A stretch of DNA of 33,385 bases from assembly GCA_054600435.1 (NCBI GenBank), contig BAAIJX010000013.1, forward strand, positions 496,001 to 529,385. Direction: 5' to 3'. Both the position numbers and the translations under genes were made by a program. The notes beneath the pieces were generated by a model. That model worked only from the letters and a program-made list of their open reading frames with translations, did no database searches and was not told the DNA's origin. Of this stretch, positions 10,912 to 22,000 are shown in pieces. Numbering within the stretch: the stretch's first letter is position 1; each line of letters starts with the position of its first letter. This DNA is from Neophaeotheca triangularis (taxonomy: Eukaryota).

Positions 10912-12445
10912 GATTGGGCGCTGGCGATGCAGAAAGGTTGGCAATGGGAAGGTGGGCGCTACGTGAAGACGACAAGCGGTCTGGCGCCCGACCTCGTTAT
11001 TGCTGTCGACTTTTGATACCCACAAAAAGAGCGTTTTGTTATCCCCATGGAAGTGGTCCACCCTTGGACGCATTCTTACTCAACATGCAGCACGAAGAAT
11101 TGTCCAGTTTCACTTTCAGCAGGCCAACGGTTCCGGGTATGCGTGTCCGCAAGCGATCCATGTAGCTCCCCTGCTGTGTCGGTAGCAGCGACCCGGACCG
11201 TGACAAGGGAACCAAGGCCAGGACCGCAGAGCGTGCTTGCGATCCCGATAACATGCAAGTTATGTACCCCGTCACAGCAGGTCCATTCACAAAAAATCTA
11301 CTATGGTTCCCGCATCTGGCAGTCGAATGCGTCTCAGCAGCCTGAAGCACGGCAACCAAGTGCCTTGTCTTCTGCAACGCCGAACCAGGGTACGCTGATT
11401 CAGTAGGGAACCCGCCGAGAGGGCTCCCTGCATTGAATAAGTCCAAGTCAGCAGCTTTACGAGGAGGTATTCGTACATTGAGCTCATGCTGCAAAATTCA
11501 TTGGAAGTCAAAGGGATTTTATCCGGGTGCTGTGCCATCGTATTCCGCGAATACTGGTTCAGTCAGCAGCAAGTCGAGAATCAAAAGAAAGTCGACGAGG
11601 CCATAACGAGAGACCTAGTCCAAAGCAAGTTTGCCCTCCTTCAAACTTCACTTGATATGACTGCGCATCCGATCTGCACGCCACGGTTAGAATCAAGCAA
11701 AGGAGCAGTTCTTAGGAACCATCTTGAGTGCTTTGCGGCAGATGCGCGCACCTCACCGAACCGGCTTCACTTTTTTGCATCGCCTCATCGCCTCATCGCC
11801 TCATCCCCTTGCTCCCGGCACGCGGACTACCTCAGGCCCTGCTCAGGATATCGACAGTGGAAGTAGGGCACCAGGTCCAGCATCCAGGGTCTCAAAGTTG
11901 CTGGTCTGGTCTCTCCTTTCGCCGGGAGCAACTCGGCGGGTGGGGATTAGCTTCACTTGGTTGCATAGGAGCTGATCGAAACCCGATTCGTTGGCATACG
12001 ATGGGCATCTTCTTGTTTTCGAACAGCGGATGCTGCTCAGCTCCAAAAGCAATGCATGGCCTCCGGCCTAAAGATCTTAAAGTGCTTGCAACGATTCCGA
12101 GACAGCTTGGGGTAATCAGAAGACCAATTCTTCCGGAACAATTTCTTCTTTCCGGTGGAATTATCGACCATACCCGCCCCAGCATCGACGTCTACCTCTT
12201 GAGCTGGTGAACAAGAGATCAAAGAAAGAGAAAAGCATGACGCAAGGACCCCAGAGCCCGGACGATTTCTGAGCATTTAGGGTTGCGTGCTTCTTATTAA
12301 AGCTCACCTGCACTCGCTCACAACCTGTGGCATTCCACCTACTTTACAATACCGACATCTCCTATCCGGCTACCACCACAACGAGGCTGTCATTCTGCCT
12401 TGCCGTGGTAACACGAGGATACCACCACTAGCACTGATTTCTACT

Positions 12446-13155
12446 ATGCCTCCCACGCCGCACGACCCTCGAGCCGCCCAGAACCTCGCTCTTACGTAAG
12501 CTGCGGCGCAATGCTGCTAGAAGCGACCAGCCACTGACACTTGGCAGCTTACAAGGTCGCCTGGTTGAGATCCTGGTCGGCGAGAAAGAAGAGCCCATTA
12601 CGCTTTACGAGCAGGCTCTGTGCTCTAATTCCAAATTTCTTGAAGCCGCTCTGAGCCATGACTGGAAAGAGGCGAAAGAAGGCAAAGTCAAGCTGCCTGG
12701 GGAGGCCATGTCGTCTTTCGCGGTGTACGCAAACTGGTCAGATTCATCTCGAAAGTGTTGAGCTGGGATACGCATCATACGCTTGTAAGCAACTCTTTCG
12801 GATTCACACTCTTGGCGCCAGATCGATGGACGGTGACTTTCAAGACGCCATCATCGACGAGATCATCGCGAGATCAGAACAGGAGGATTCTCCGACTTCA
12901 TCGGATGGAAGAATGTATCCCGGCGATGAGACAATTCTGCAAGACGTTTGTTAGTGGATTTCCACGTGGTTTACGGCGACGAAACATGGGTCGAATGCCT
13001 TGACAAGCCACAAGACGCCGAGTTTGGAAACGATGTACAGGCGCATCATGGAAGGGGTATGTCCTACCATTGTCGACCCCAAGACCGGAACCTGCAACTA
13101 TTATCAACACGCCGAGGGGCTCTGCTACAGCCGCAAGCGCAAGTTGAACGAGTAG
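12446..13155 (+). pseudogene. BTB/POZ-domain pseudogene with one intron (12496-12547) and three frameshifts
   Basis: Spliced start gives ...LQGRLVEILVGEKEEPITLYEQALCSNSKFLEAALSHDWKEAKEGKVKLP...FAVYANW. Similarity to the paralogue at 15322-16258 continues only through frame changes near 12735 (TGQIHL..LGARSMDGDFQDAIIDEII), 12935 (SARRLLVDFHV) and 13035 (VDPKTGTCNYYQHAEGLCYSRKRKLNE*). Confidence 0.85.
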
Positions 13156-13552
13156 TGGAAGGAAGTTCGCGGCAAGCTTAGGTGGACGAAAGATCGAGAC
13201 TACAGAAGATATCAGAGGAGGTTGCGCGACGGCCATATGCAAGAGGGTTCAGTTCAGAAGGGGTTGGGACTTGCGGCGTTTGGACGGCTGAGAAGCTCGC
13301 GCTGCTTTTTGCAGACCACCGGACGAGGAGGGAAGAGTCTTGGGAGTGCAGAGCAGCACAAGGGCAATCATCACGGTGCATAGCAGCAACGACGTAGCCA
13401 CAATATCAAAAGCTCACCTCCCTTCAGATCGTCGCTCAATTCCCTTCTAATCGTTAAAACTCGTCGCGTCGGAACTTACCCAACAGCGTCGTGTCTGATC
13501 AGACATACCAAGATCGTCCCGCTACCAAAAGATCGACCCCAACCACTCACCC

Positions 13553-14434
13553 TCACCCCTGAACCGCATACAACGCCATGCCCCCCAACCCACAACTGAC
13601 AAGACTCAACCCATTCATCTCAATCCTCTTCCGATGCTTCACCCACAAAGCCGCAAAAGTCACCACAAACAACTCAGCCAGTTTCAAATCCACCCCTTGT
13701 CCTCTAATCTCAAACCTCCCCACCCGCTTCTCCTCCCCGGACCCCCCAAACGTCTTGGTCTCAATCGTGAAAAAGGCACAAACCTCCCCCGTCCCAGCTT
13801 CCACGCACTTCATATGCCTGCGCCAGAAGACCTTCTCCTCGCCGACGCCGCGGCTGAGTTTCCAGTGGAAAGTCCGACCGCGGAAAGCGAAAGCGTGCTC
13901 GGCGCCCTGGCCTTGGCGTCGGACATCCGGTTTGGGCTCTTCAGTGCCGCCGAGAGAGTGTTCGTCATCGCCGTGGAGGGAGATTTCCACCGCAGCGGAG
14001 CGGTCGCGTAGCCAGTGGTGGAAGTTGACTGAGCCCACTTCCTTGTCTTCAGTTTCGCTGGAGCTGGAGCGGCGGTTGACGATGATTTCAGGCCGTTTGC
14101 TGCTGGCGTTGCGGCGGCGGAGTTCAGCGAGGTACTTGGGCTTGTTGTCGAGGCTGAAGAGGAGGCCGTTGATGGAGTTGCGCACTTTGGTGGCGTTGAT
14201 TTGGAGAGTTGTGCCGGGGACTATAGTGCCTTCTGAGGTAGTGGGGAGGCCTAGGGGAGTGTCGGAAATGTCTTTGTGCGTGGATGCTGTGGCTAGGGAC
14301 TCAAGAGCGTTGTTGTCGGTGTTGATGCTGGTGGCGTACTCGAGCTCGGACGCTGTGTCGAAGGGGTTTGCAGTGTTCTTTTGAGTCGCGTTGCTTGGAG
14401 TGTTTTCGGATTGATCGGCGGCGGATTCTGGCAT
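13553..14434 (-). CDS. Uncharacterised fungal protein (293 aa); disordered N-terminus and a beta-rich C-terminal domain, possibly DUF6593/tubby-C-like
   Basis: Clean ORF. Pattern HAFAFRGRTFHWK...VCAFF...VGRFEI...ELFVVTFAALW resembles small fungal beta-barrel-plus-helix domains; family assignment is tentative. Confidence 0.7.
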   Translation of the reverse strand: MPESAADQSENTPSNATQKNTANPFDTASELEYATSINTDNNALESLATASTHKDISDTPLGLPTTSEGTIVPGTTLQINATKVRNSINGLLFSLDNKPKYLAELRRRNASSKRPEIIVNRRSSSSETEDKEVGSVNFHHWLRDRSAAVEISLHGDDEHSLGGTEEPKPDVRRQGQGAEHAFAFRGRTFHWKLSRGVGEEKVFWRRHMKCVEAGTGEVCAFFTIETKTFGGSGEEKRVGRFEIRGQGVDLKLAELFVVTFAALWVKHRKRIEMNGLSLVSCGLGGMALYAVQG

Positions 14435-15321
14435 TGTGCTCGCCTAGTACTTGCAACACGTTGCTTTCGGTCTTATGATGTCTATGCCGACACTGAGATG
14501 AAGTTGTTAAGAACATGAGGGGCACTTGTTGATAGCAATGGTCACGCGTAGGCTAATAGTTTTGATTAACATATGCACATGCTTGCCGAATCGGGTATGC
14601 CTAGCGAGGACGGACCCTATCACTCTGAGCTGACGACTAGTTCAAAACAATCAATGTTTATCCGTTTGCTTGTGGAGTACTTGATTGCAGAAAGAATGCG
14701 CCGTCCTGTTTTAAGATCGAGAGCGGCGTCGCGACTTCTTATCATTGACGGTATCCGAAGCTGTCCACAAAGCGCCTAAGATGGCTATTGGATGGCTAAC
14801 GCACCAATATAATTGCAGTGGAATATTGATGTGAAGACTTTCACCACAATTACCTAGACCTTTCACGCTGCGAAAATCAGGAACTTTGTACTCACTGAAG
14901 TCTGATTTGAGTTTGATAGGTTCTATCTTCGGAATTAAAGTTCCAAAATTCAGGCTATCATTCGTGAGCAGGAGCAAGGCTATGGGGTCGGCCAGCCAGG
15001 TATGTTGTATCCAAAAGCTGACTAGTGCACGACCAGCGAACCGATCTTGCACATGCGTAATTGGAATAGAGCACTCGTCAGTTCGGAGACCGGGTCACAG
15101 TTAGACCTTGAAATCGTGCATGGCGGGTGAAGATTATGCATAAGGAGTGAGGTTCTCACTTGCGTTTTTGGCTGCTTGTTTCAACTTCGCGTTGCTGTAG
15201 GTGAATTTCAGGCCGCATCCTTGCGTGAGAACGCCTGGAGACTATTTAGCGTCTCCCACCTCCTCTCTTGCGAGTTCCCTCGAACCTAACAGCATCGCCA
15301 TCACCTAACGCAAACGCAGAC

Positions 15322-16258
15322 ATGGCAGCGCTAGCACCTGGATGGATACGCCAGCCTGATGGCTCAGAGCGAAGGGCCGCGCGGGCGGTGAGACCCAATC
15401 CGGCTGAGACTGGGCGGTCCTCAGTCACCAAGCCAAAGGCTAGGGGCAACAAATCTCTGAAGCCTCTTGAGCAGGCAGACGCGGTGGTGGAGGATTCGCG
15501 CGCCGAAGTTGATCTTGGACCCGGGTAATGCTGAACCACCCTGTAACGCCTAGTAACACATACTGACCTCCTCCAGATTAAGCGGCAAGATCATCGAACT
15601 CTCCATCGGCCCAACCGGCACTCAGCTCTTCGTCCACGAAGCCACGCTCAAAGCGACCTCAGCCTTCTTCGCCGCAGCCCTCAACAGCGACTTCCGCGAA
15701 GCCAAGGAAGGCAAAGTCGTCCTGCCTGAAGAGGACCCAGCCCACGTCACCCTCTACACGCAATGGCTCTACACCCACCGTATCCACACCGGCACTCTCA
15801 AGTCCAGCCAAAACTTCGAGCACGACTACAACATCCTCGCCTCCCTCTACGCGCTAGGTGAGCGCCTCCGCGATCCCGCTTTCCAGGACCACCTCATCGA
15901 CACCATGATCGCCGAAGTCCTCGCCAGTGAAACGCATAAGGACATTTACCTCCCGGATCATGAAGCCATCAATACCATTTTCGCGAACACGATGCCCGGT
16001 GACCCTGTCAGGCGTTTGCTCGTGGACATGCATGTGCTGCACGCTCTGGAGGACTGGTTCGACGAGAATACCGGTTTGGGGGATCCGAATTTTGTGGAAG
16101 AGCTTGCGAGGGGCTTGCTGAGGGAGAAAGGCTTGCTGAGGGAGAAGGGCGATAAGGCTAAGACTGTGCTGGTGGATCCGAAGTCGGGGAGTTGCAAGTA
16201 TCACCATCACGGGGCTAAGGAGCTTTGCTCGGTTAGCAGGAAGCGCAAGCGTACCTGA
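15322..16258 (+). CDS. BTB/POZ domain protein; exons 15322-15524 and 15577-16258 (~294 aa)
   Basis: Intron 15525-15576 (GTAATG..ACTGAC..CAG). Exon 2 encodes IELSIGPTGTQLFVHEATLKATSAFFAAALNSDFREAKEGKVVLPEEDPAHVTLYTQWLY..LYALGERLRDPAFQDHLID..RRLLVD..CKYHHH, a typical fungal BTB layout, ending in NLS-like RKRKR. Confidence 0.88.
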
Positions 16259-16702
16259 GGAAGCGTGGGAGCAAACTACGGCATTCCAACGGCTCCATCG
16301 TGGTCCACAGGGCGCTGCAGGTTGCTGCAGATGGGGAGCATTCATTGTTAATGTCGGCGATCTAGAAGGGCTATGGTGGAAAGATCTGAGACGGAACGAC
16401 CCTACGGCAAAATGTACCTAGGCAGATATGACACGAACATAAAATGGCGATTGACCATTGAGTGTCCCATGCAATATCAAGTTTACTCTTCCGTGTCGTC
16501 GAGCGAGGTTCAGCAGCTTCTTGTCTTATTGGCCGGCACCAAAGCACGCTAGCGCCCGACCTCCCTAACTCGCATCAACCCGGAACCTACAGCCACCCCG
16601 AAGTGGAAGTAATTATTTGGGGGCCAAAAGCGACTAGATCTTCACACAAGCACTCCCACTTATCCAACATACCAAACCCCCCAACATACAGATCAAATCA
16701 AA

Positions 16703-17247
16703 ATGCCACCGCCAAGAAAACCCGAAAAGAAGACCCGGACAAAAAAGCGCAAAGCGCGTACGGAAGGTAACCTTCCCTCCCAAAACTTGCCAAAGCAGGT
16801 CCAAATCGGCAAAAAGCAGAAAAGCTAACAACAAACCCAGTCTCATCGGACTCAGACTCAGACTCATCTTCCCCATCCCCATCAAGCTCCGACTCAGATC
16901 CCGAGCCGAAACCCACGGCCCCAGACTCAAAGACCAACAAATCCACCAAGTCCGCAAAATCGACCAAACCAACGCCACCAGCTCAAGCCAAGACCTCCCC
17001 ATCCTCATCCCTATCCTCGGACTCAGACCTCCCCGACGCCTCCGCAATTTCAAAGACTCCAACACCAGCACAGGCCCAGGCTCAAACTCTGGCTCAGACT
17101 CGGCCGGATCAGCAATGGTATTTACAGCAATCGACTAAGGAATTCGGCAAGGATTTGCTCGCGCTACGGGACTCGAAGGATTTTGTTCCGGGGGTCAGTG
17201 AAGGTTTGATTGTTAGGGCGTTGGAGGGGATGGGAAGGGGGGGCTGA
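16703..17247 (+). CDS. RSA3: Ribosome assembly protein 3-like; exons 16703-16766 and 16841-17247 (~156 aa)
   Basis: Not in the ORF track. MPPPRKPEKKTRTKKRKARTE, intron 16767-16840 (GTAACC..GCTAAC..CAG), then VSSDSDSDSSS..., ending WYLQQSTKEFGKDLLALRDSKDFVPGVSEGLIVRAL, which fits the Rsa3 pattern YLxxxTxEFxxDLxxLRxxxDF. Confidence 0.8.
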
Positions 17248-17650
17248 TCTTGTGGGGTGAGTAAGGTTGAGAAGGAGGGTGTTGGGTTTGGGAGGGAGGT
17301 GGGAGTCATGGGTAGAGGGCGGTGTGTCAGGGGTATGGGTGTAGGTTGTATGGTGGGCTCAAGGGTTTTTGTGCTGTTTGGAACGTGATCATCTGCATGG
17401 GCATTGGGTGGCGTTATTTGATCTCGTTCGTCGGGATTCTTCAGGCAGAGAGCATGTTGACGGGACGTATGGTGTTTGTCAAGGGTATTCTTCTTCGGTT
17501 CTGTAGTGTAACACATTGCGTACGCAGCCAGAGCAGCTCGCGACTGCGAAAGCCGTGCTGCTGCTATAGTACAGTGTCTTCGCCGCGCGAACGCCACCAC
17601 TCGCACCCATCGGGCAGTCATGCCATCTCACACCATGTTACTCCCACACC

Positions 17651-18552
17651 CTACGTATCCACATCCATCTTCTCCCCAACACCCGCCTCACCATCGCCAA
17701 TGTCCTGCACAGTCACGTACTTGCTAATGTCCTCCCGGGTAATAACCTTCTCGTTCAACACCGCGGTCGTACCCCTAGCAAAACGGTAATTCCTCGCCTT
17801 CTTCTCCCTCTTGTTGGGCTGAATATAATTCCGCATCAACTGCGTCTTCTCCTTCGTGATGACGCAAACGTCCACATTGCTACCACTGCCCAAGTCGTTG
17901 AAGATACCAGCCTGAATAGCGTCCGCGCACAGCTTCACTGCCTCGTCGCGGCTCATAGCGGGTTTCCACTGCGTCTCGAAGACCGACATGGCGGCTAGCG
18001 AACCGGAGCCCATGGTCACGTAGGGCAGCTTGTCCGTTGAGCCGTGCGCGTGCACTGTGAAGAGGTGTGCGCCTGTCGGGTCGCAGCCAGCAACCACGAG
18101 GTAAGCGCCGATGTGGCCTTGGTAGCGGAAGAGGTGCTGTTTGAGCATTGTCATGACGGTGGCGACGCGGGGCTTGCGGCCGGTGGAGAGCGAGTGAAGT
18201 TCGAGGTTGGAGGAGATGAGGGCGGTGGTGAATTCGGTGTCGGCGGCCGTACCGGCGCCGGCGCACCAAATCTGGGGGGAGATGTAGTGGAGCTTTTCGC
18301 AGTTCTGAGGGAGGAGATTATTAGGTTAAGCTCGATATAAGGGGAGTGGAGAGTGTATAAGGTGTGCTTGCTGCGTACCTTGTCTGCTACTATGGGACCG
18401 CTCGTTGCTCTTGTGTCTGCTGCAATGACAACGCCGCCATCGTAGAGAGCTCCTACAATCGTCGTACCGGTAGATGTGGCTTTGGGGAGAGGGACACCTT
18501 GGGCATGGAGGGCGAGGTTTCGGTTATGGTTGCTGAAGTCGAAGCCGGGCAT
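17651..18552 (-). CDS. PUP1: 20S proteasome beta2 (trypsin-like) subunit; exons 18552-18379 and 18304-17651 (~275 aa)
   Basis: [23 protein letters not shown] (propeptide then catalytic Thr1), [45 protein letters not shown]. Intron 18378-18305 reads GTACGC..CTAAT..CAG. Confidence 0.96.
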
Positions 18553-19083
18553 GATGGCGGGTTCGGAGGTGATGAAGGTTGGGTGTCTATTCAGTATCGA
18601 CCCTTGCCTTTTTTGGAAAGACCAAGATGCTGTGTGATTTTGTTGGTCGGAATATGGGAAAGGCGAAGGAGATGTCGGGATGTGAGGTGGATGGATTCGT
18701 TTGTCGTTGTCGTTGGCGTGTGGACTGGATGATGCAGCTGCATCGCCGCCTGAGAGAGAGCTGACCAGGAGCTTGAGCAACGCGTTCCTAATGAGGAAGG
18801 TTAGCCGGCGCATAAACGAACGCGGCTTTGGAGCTCTGCCGTTACCTGGGCGAGAAAACACTCTTGTTGCTACTTTCACCTATCTCAGTCTCTCACCCTC
18901 TTACTACCCAATTTAATATCCGGAAGCTGCTGTGATCTCATTCGACAAGCAAACCAAACCACAAAAGATTCCGCGCCGTTTTTAGGCCTCGACAAAACCA
19001 GGCAGAAAGAGAAGAAGTTGTGGTGAAGCTGCAGACGAGGGCAAGATACACATGCAGGACATCTAAAAGGGAAGAGCGGCGAC

Positions 19084-22000
19084 ATGAGTTGGACTTTTGG
19101 AGGTCTTCCTCCCGGTGGTGGCAGCGCAAATGCAAAGGCAATACAAGGACCAGACCTGGAGGAAATCGTGACAAGGAAGATCGGCTTCCTGGCCATAGCA
19201 GGCGACACAAAGCTCCGCTTGCTGCCTTCAGGATGGACCAAAGATAGACCGGCATCGCCCACCGCTTCCCTCCTGAGTATCGCTTCCAACAAGGGTCTTG
19301 TTGCCGCTGCAGGACCAGACTCCTTGGTCGTAGCTAGGACTGAGTCTGTACGACAGGCCTTCACGACTGGTCAGGAAGCCGATGGTGTCAAGACTTTTAC
19401 GCCGGAGGCGACCATTTCAGTACCGCGAGTTTCACATGTGGCCTTCTCGGCAGACGAGAGCTGTTTGGTCATTGCTGCGGAGGAGGGAGGGGGGTTGGCA
19501 GTCTACGACACGAATGCGATTTTGCAGGGAAACAAGGAACCTGCCTTCCAAGTAGCGACACACGGCGTCAGTGTGCGACACTTGGTGCCGAATCCCTCGC
19601 AAGACTTCTTCAACTACTTCGCGATTGTTCTCTCGGACGGCAAACTGGTGCTGGCGGATCTGAAGGAGAGGAAGCTGGTTGATAGCAGCAGCGGCAGCCC
19701 GGTCTTCAGGGAGAATGTGTCTTGTGCATGTTGGTCGAAGTTGGGCAAGCAGATTGTGGCTGGACAAGCCGATGGATCAGCAGTGCAGGTCGACCCCACA
19801 GGCAATGTTAAGGCTGAGATACCCAGGGTGCCTCAATTACCTGGAAATGATTCCGGCTTCAAGGCCTTGCACCTGACATCAATCTACTGGCTCGAGACGT
19901 TTGAGTTCTTAATGATTTATTCCCCTGAGCTACCACCACCAGGAGAAGATATGCCACCACCAGAGGATTCGTTCTACTATCTCGCCCGAAGAGAGAAGGC
20001 TACCGGAGCCTGCACATATCAACAAGTCCCCAACCCGTGTCTTTCTGCTTTCGCAGCGCCAGGCGAGACGAGGCCTCTGGGACACCAGTTTATTCAACGG
20101 CTGAAAGCTTGGCCGCCAGCTCTGGACGACACCCTTATCCTTGCACATACCGGGTCTACTGACATTGGCCTGATCACAAAGTCAAAAGCACCCTTGCAAG
20201 AAGACCGGCCAGCGGAGCAGGTCACAAATGTGTATACCACCACGGGAATTGACGACGAGACAGCCAGACGGGCGGGAATGCCAGCAAGTGTGAGCGGTGG
20301 AATGGAAGACACGATACCTGTCGGTGTGGCAATGGACCTGTCTTCGAAGGAAGGTGGGCAGCCCAAGCCAGTACCTGGAGACGAGACCATCGATGCCTCC
20401 CCAATTCCTCTTCCAGCGCTGTGCGTCCTCAACAACGAAGGTATTGTCTCCACGTGGTGGCTCATCAGTACCGACGGCGTCAAACAGAAGACAATGTATC
20501 CTGGTTTGGTAGTCGCTCAGGGACAGGCCCCGGCGCAGGCACCCTCTCCAGCCACAAGTGCACTAGGGCAAAATCATTCAGCCTTTGGCAGCTCTATGAC
20601 TCCGCCTCAACCGCAGCAGTCAGCATTTGGGCAATCGAGCTTTGGGCAATCCAGCACACCCGCTTTCGGGGGCGCTTCGATGATGGGCAATAAGCAAAGC
20701 GCATGGGGTTCTTCACCAGCGGCCAGCGCACCCGCTTTCGGGTCGAGCACTCCGATCGGTGGCGGTGCTGCATTCGGTCAGGCTGGAGGGGGCGCTATGG
20801 GCTCGAACAAAGCGTCTGTCTGGGGCGGGGGTGGAGGCGCCGCGGCAACCGGTGGGACTGCATTTGGCAAGCCGAGCACACCTTTCGGCAGTGGTAGCGC
20901 AATGACCGGCGGATCTACCTTCGGTAAACCAAGCACGCCATTCGGTGCCGCAGCCAGCGGTGGAGGTGCTGACGAGAAGCCCAGCGGCTTTGCGTCGTTT
21001 GCAAGCAAGGGTGCCAGCGGGGCCAGCTCTTCGCCGTTCGCAGCGGCAGGCGCCAGCGGAGAGAACAAGTCTGGTTTTGGTGGGTTTGGTGGCGGCGAGA
21101 CAAAGCCTGCTGCTTCGCCTTTTGGTGCGGTAGGTGGTGGAGAGCAAAAGCAATCCGCCTTTGGTGCTCTGGGTGGTTCAAACTCGTCCCCTTTCGCAGC
21201 CTGGGCGAAAGACAATCCTGCCCAGGATAAACCCGCCGTGTCCAATGAAAATTCTTTCGGCTCGACTGCCACGCTTGGCTCCAACTTCAGCAGTTTCGGG
21301 AAAGGAAGCGCGTTTGGCAAGCCATCGTCGTTTGGTACGCCGTCTGCGGAGAGTGGTAGCGGCACGTTTGGCAAGCCCTCGTTTCAGACACGGGAGGAGA
21401 CAATGGACGACGACAGCACGCCCAAACCGGAAGAGCAACACAAGGATTTGTTTGGAGGTTTCAAGCTCGGCTCGACCTTCAAAGGTGACGGGAGCGCCAA
21501 GGACGATCTGCCCAAGCCAAAGGATCCAGGCGCTGGCATGTTTGGTGCTGGCTTTGATCAAGCTTTGGGCGAGACGGCCAAAGCGGACGAGCCTGCTACG
21601 CCTGTGAAGGCTGAGTCTGGCACGAATGAGCCGAAGTTGCAGGAAATTCCCGAAGCGTCATTCACCCCTCAGAGTCCGCCTAAGCAAGCTGCCCCACAGC
21701 CTGATGACACGCCTCTGCCTTCTGATTTTACCAAGACTAAAGCGCAGGTTCCGGAAGATGCCCCGTTGCCTCCAGACTTCACTCAAAGTAAACCAAAGCC
21801 TGCTGCTGAAGAGACACCACAGCTTCCACCAGAGGATGCGCCTTTGCCTCCCGATTTCACTAAGAGCAAGCCCAAGGAAGGCTCGGATCTCAGTGAGCCA
21901 CCCATTGCAGGATCTCCGCCTGTGGATCTTGGCAACGAGCGGTTCTCGGAGACTGCGGGATCCAATGGTGCTTCGGACGGGCCGCCTGATGATGGGTCTG

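Noticed and set aside
11000..12280. Several 60-160 aa ORFs on both strands, possible gene relic
   Set aside because: No recognisable domain, consistent splice model or codon pattern; left unannotated.
14711..15052. 113-aa minus-strand ORF in the divergent spacer
   Set aside because: Non-ATG start and no recognisable family; probably spurious.
161..18552. Ubiquitin-proteasome cluster (F-box, two BTB genes, PUP1)
   Set aside because: F-box and BTB genes are numerous in fungal genomes and are interspersed here with unrelated genes; I saw no shared motif such as GGTGGCAAA.
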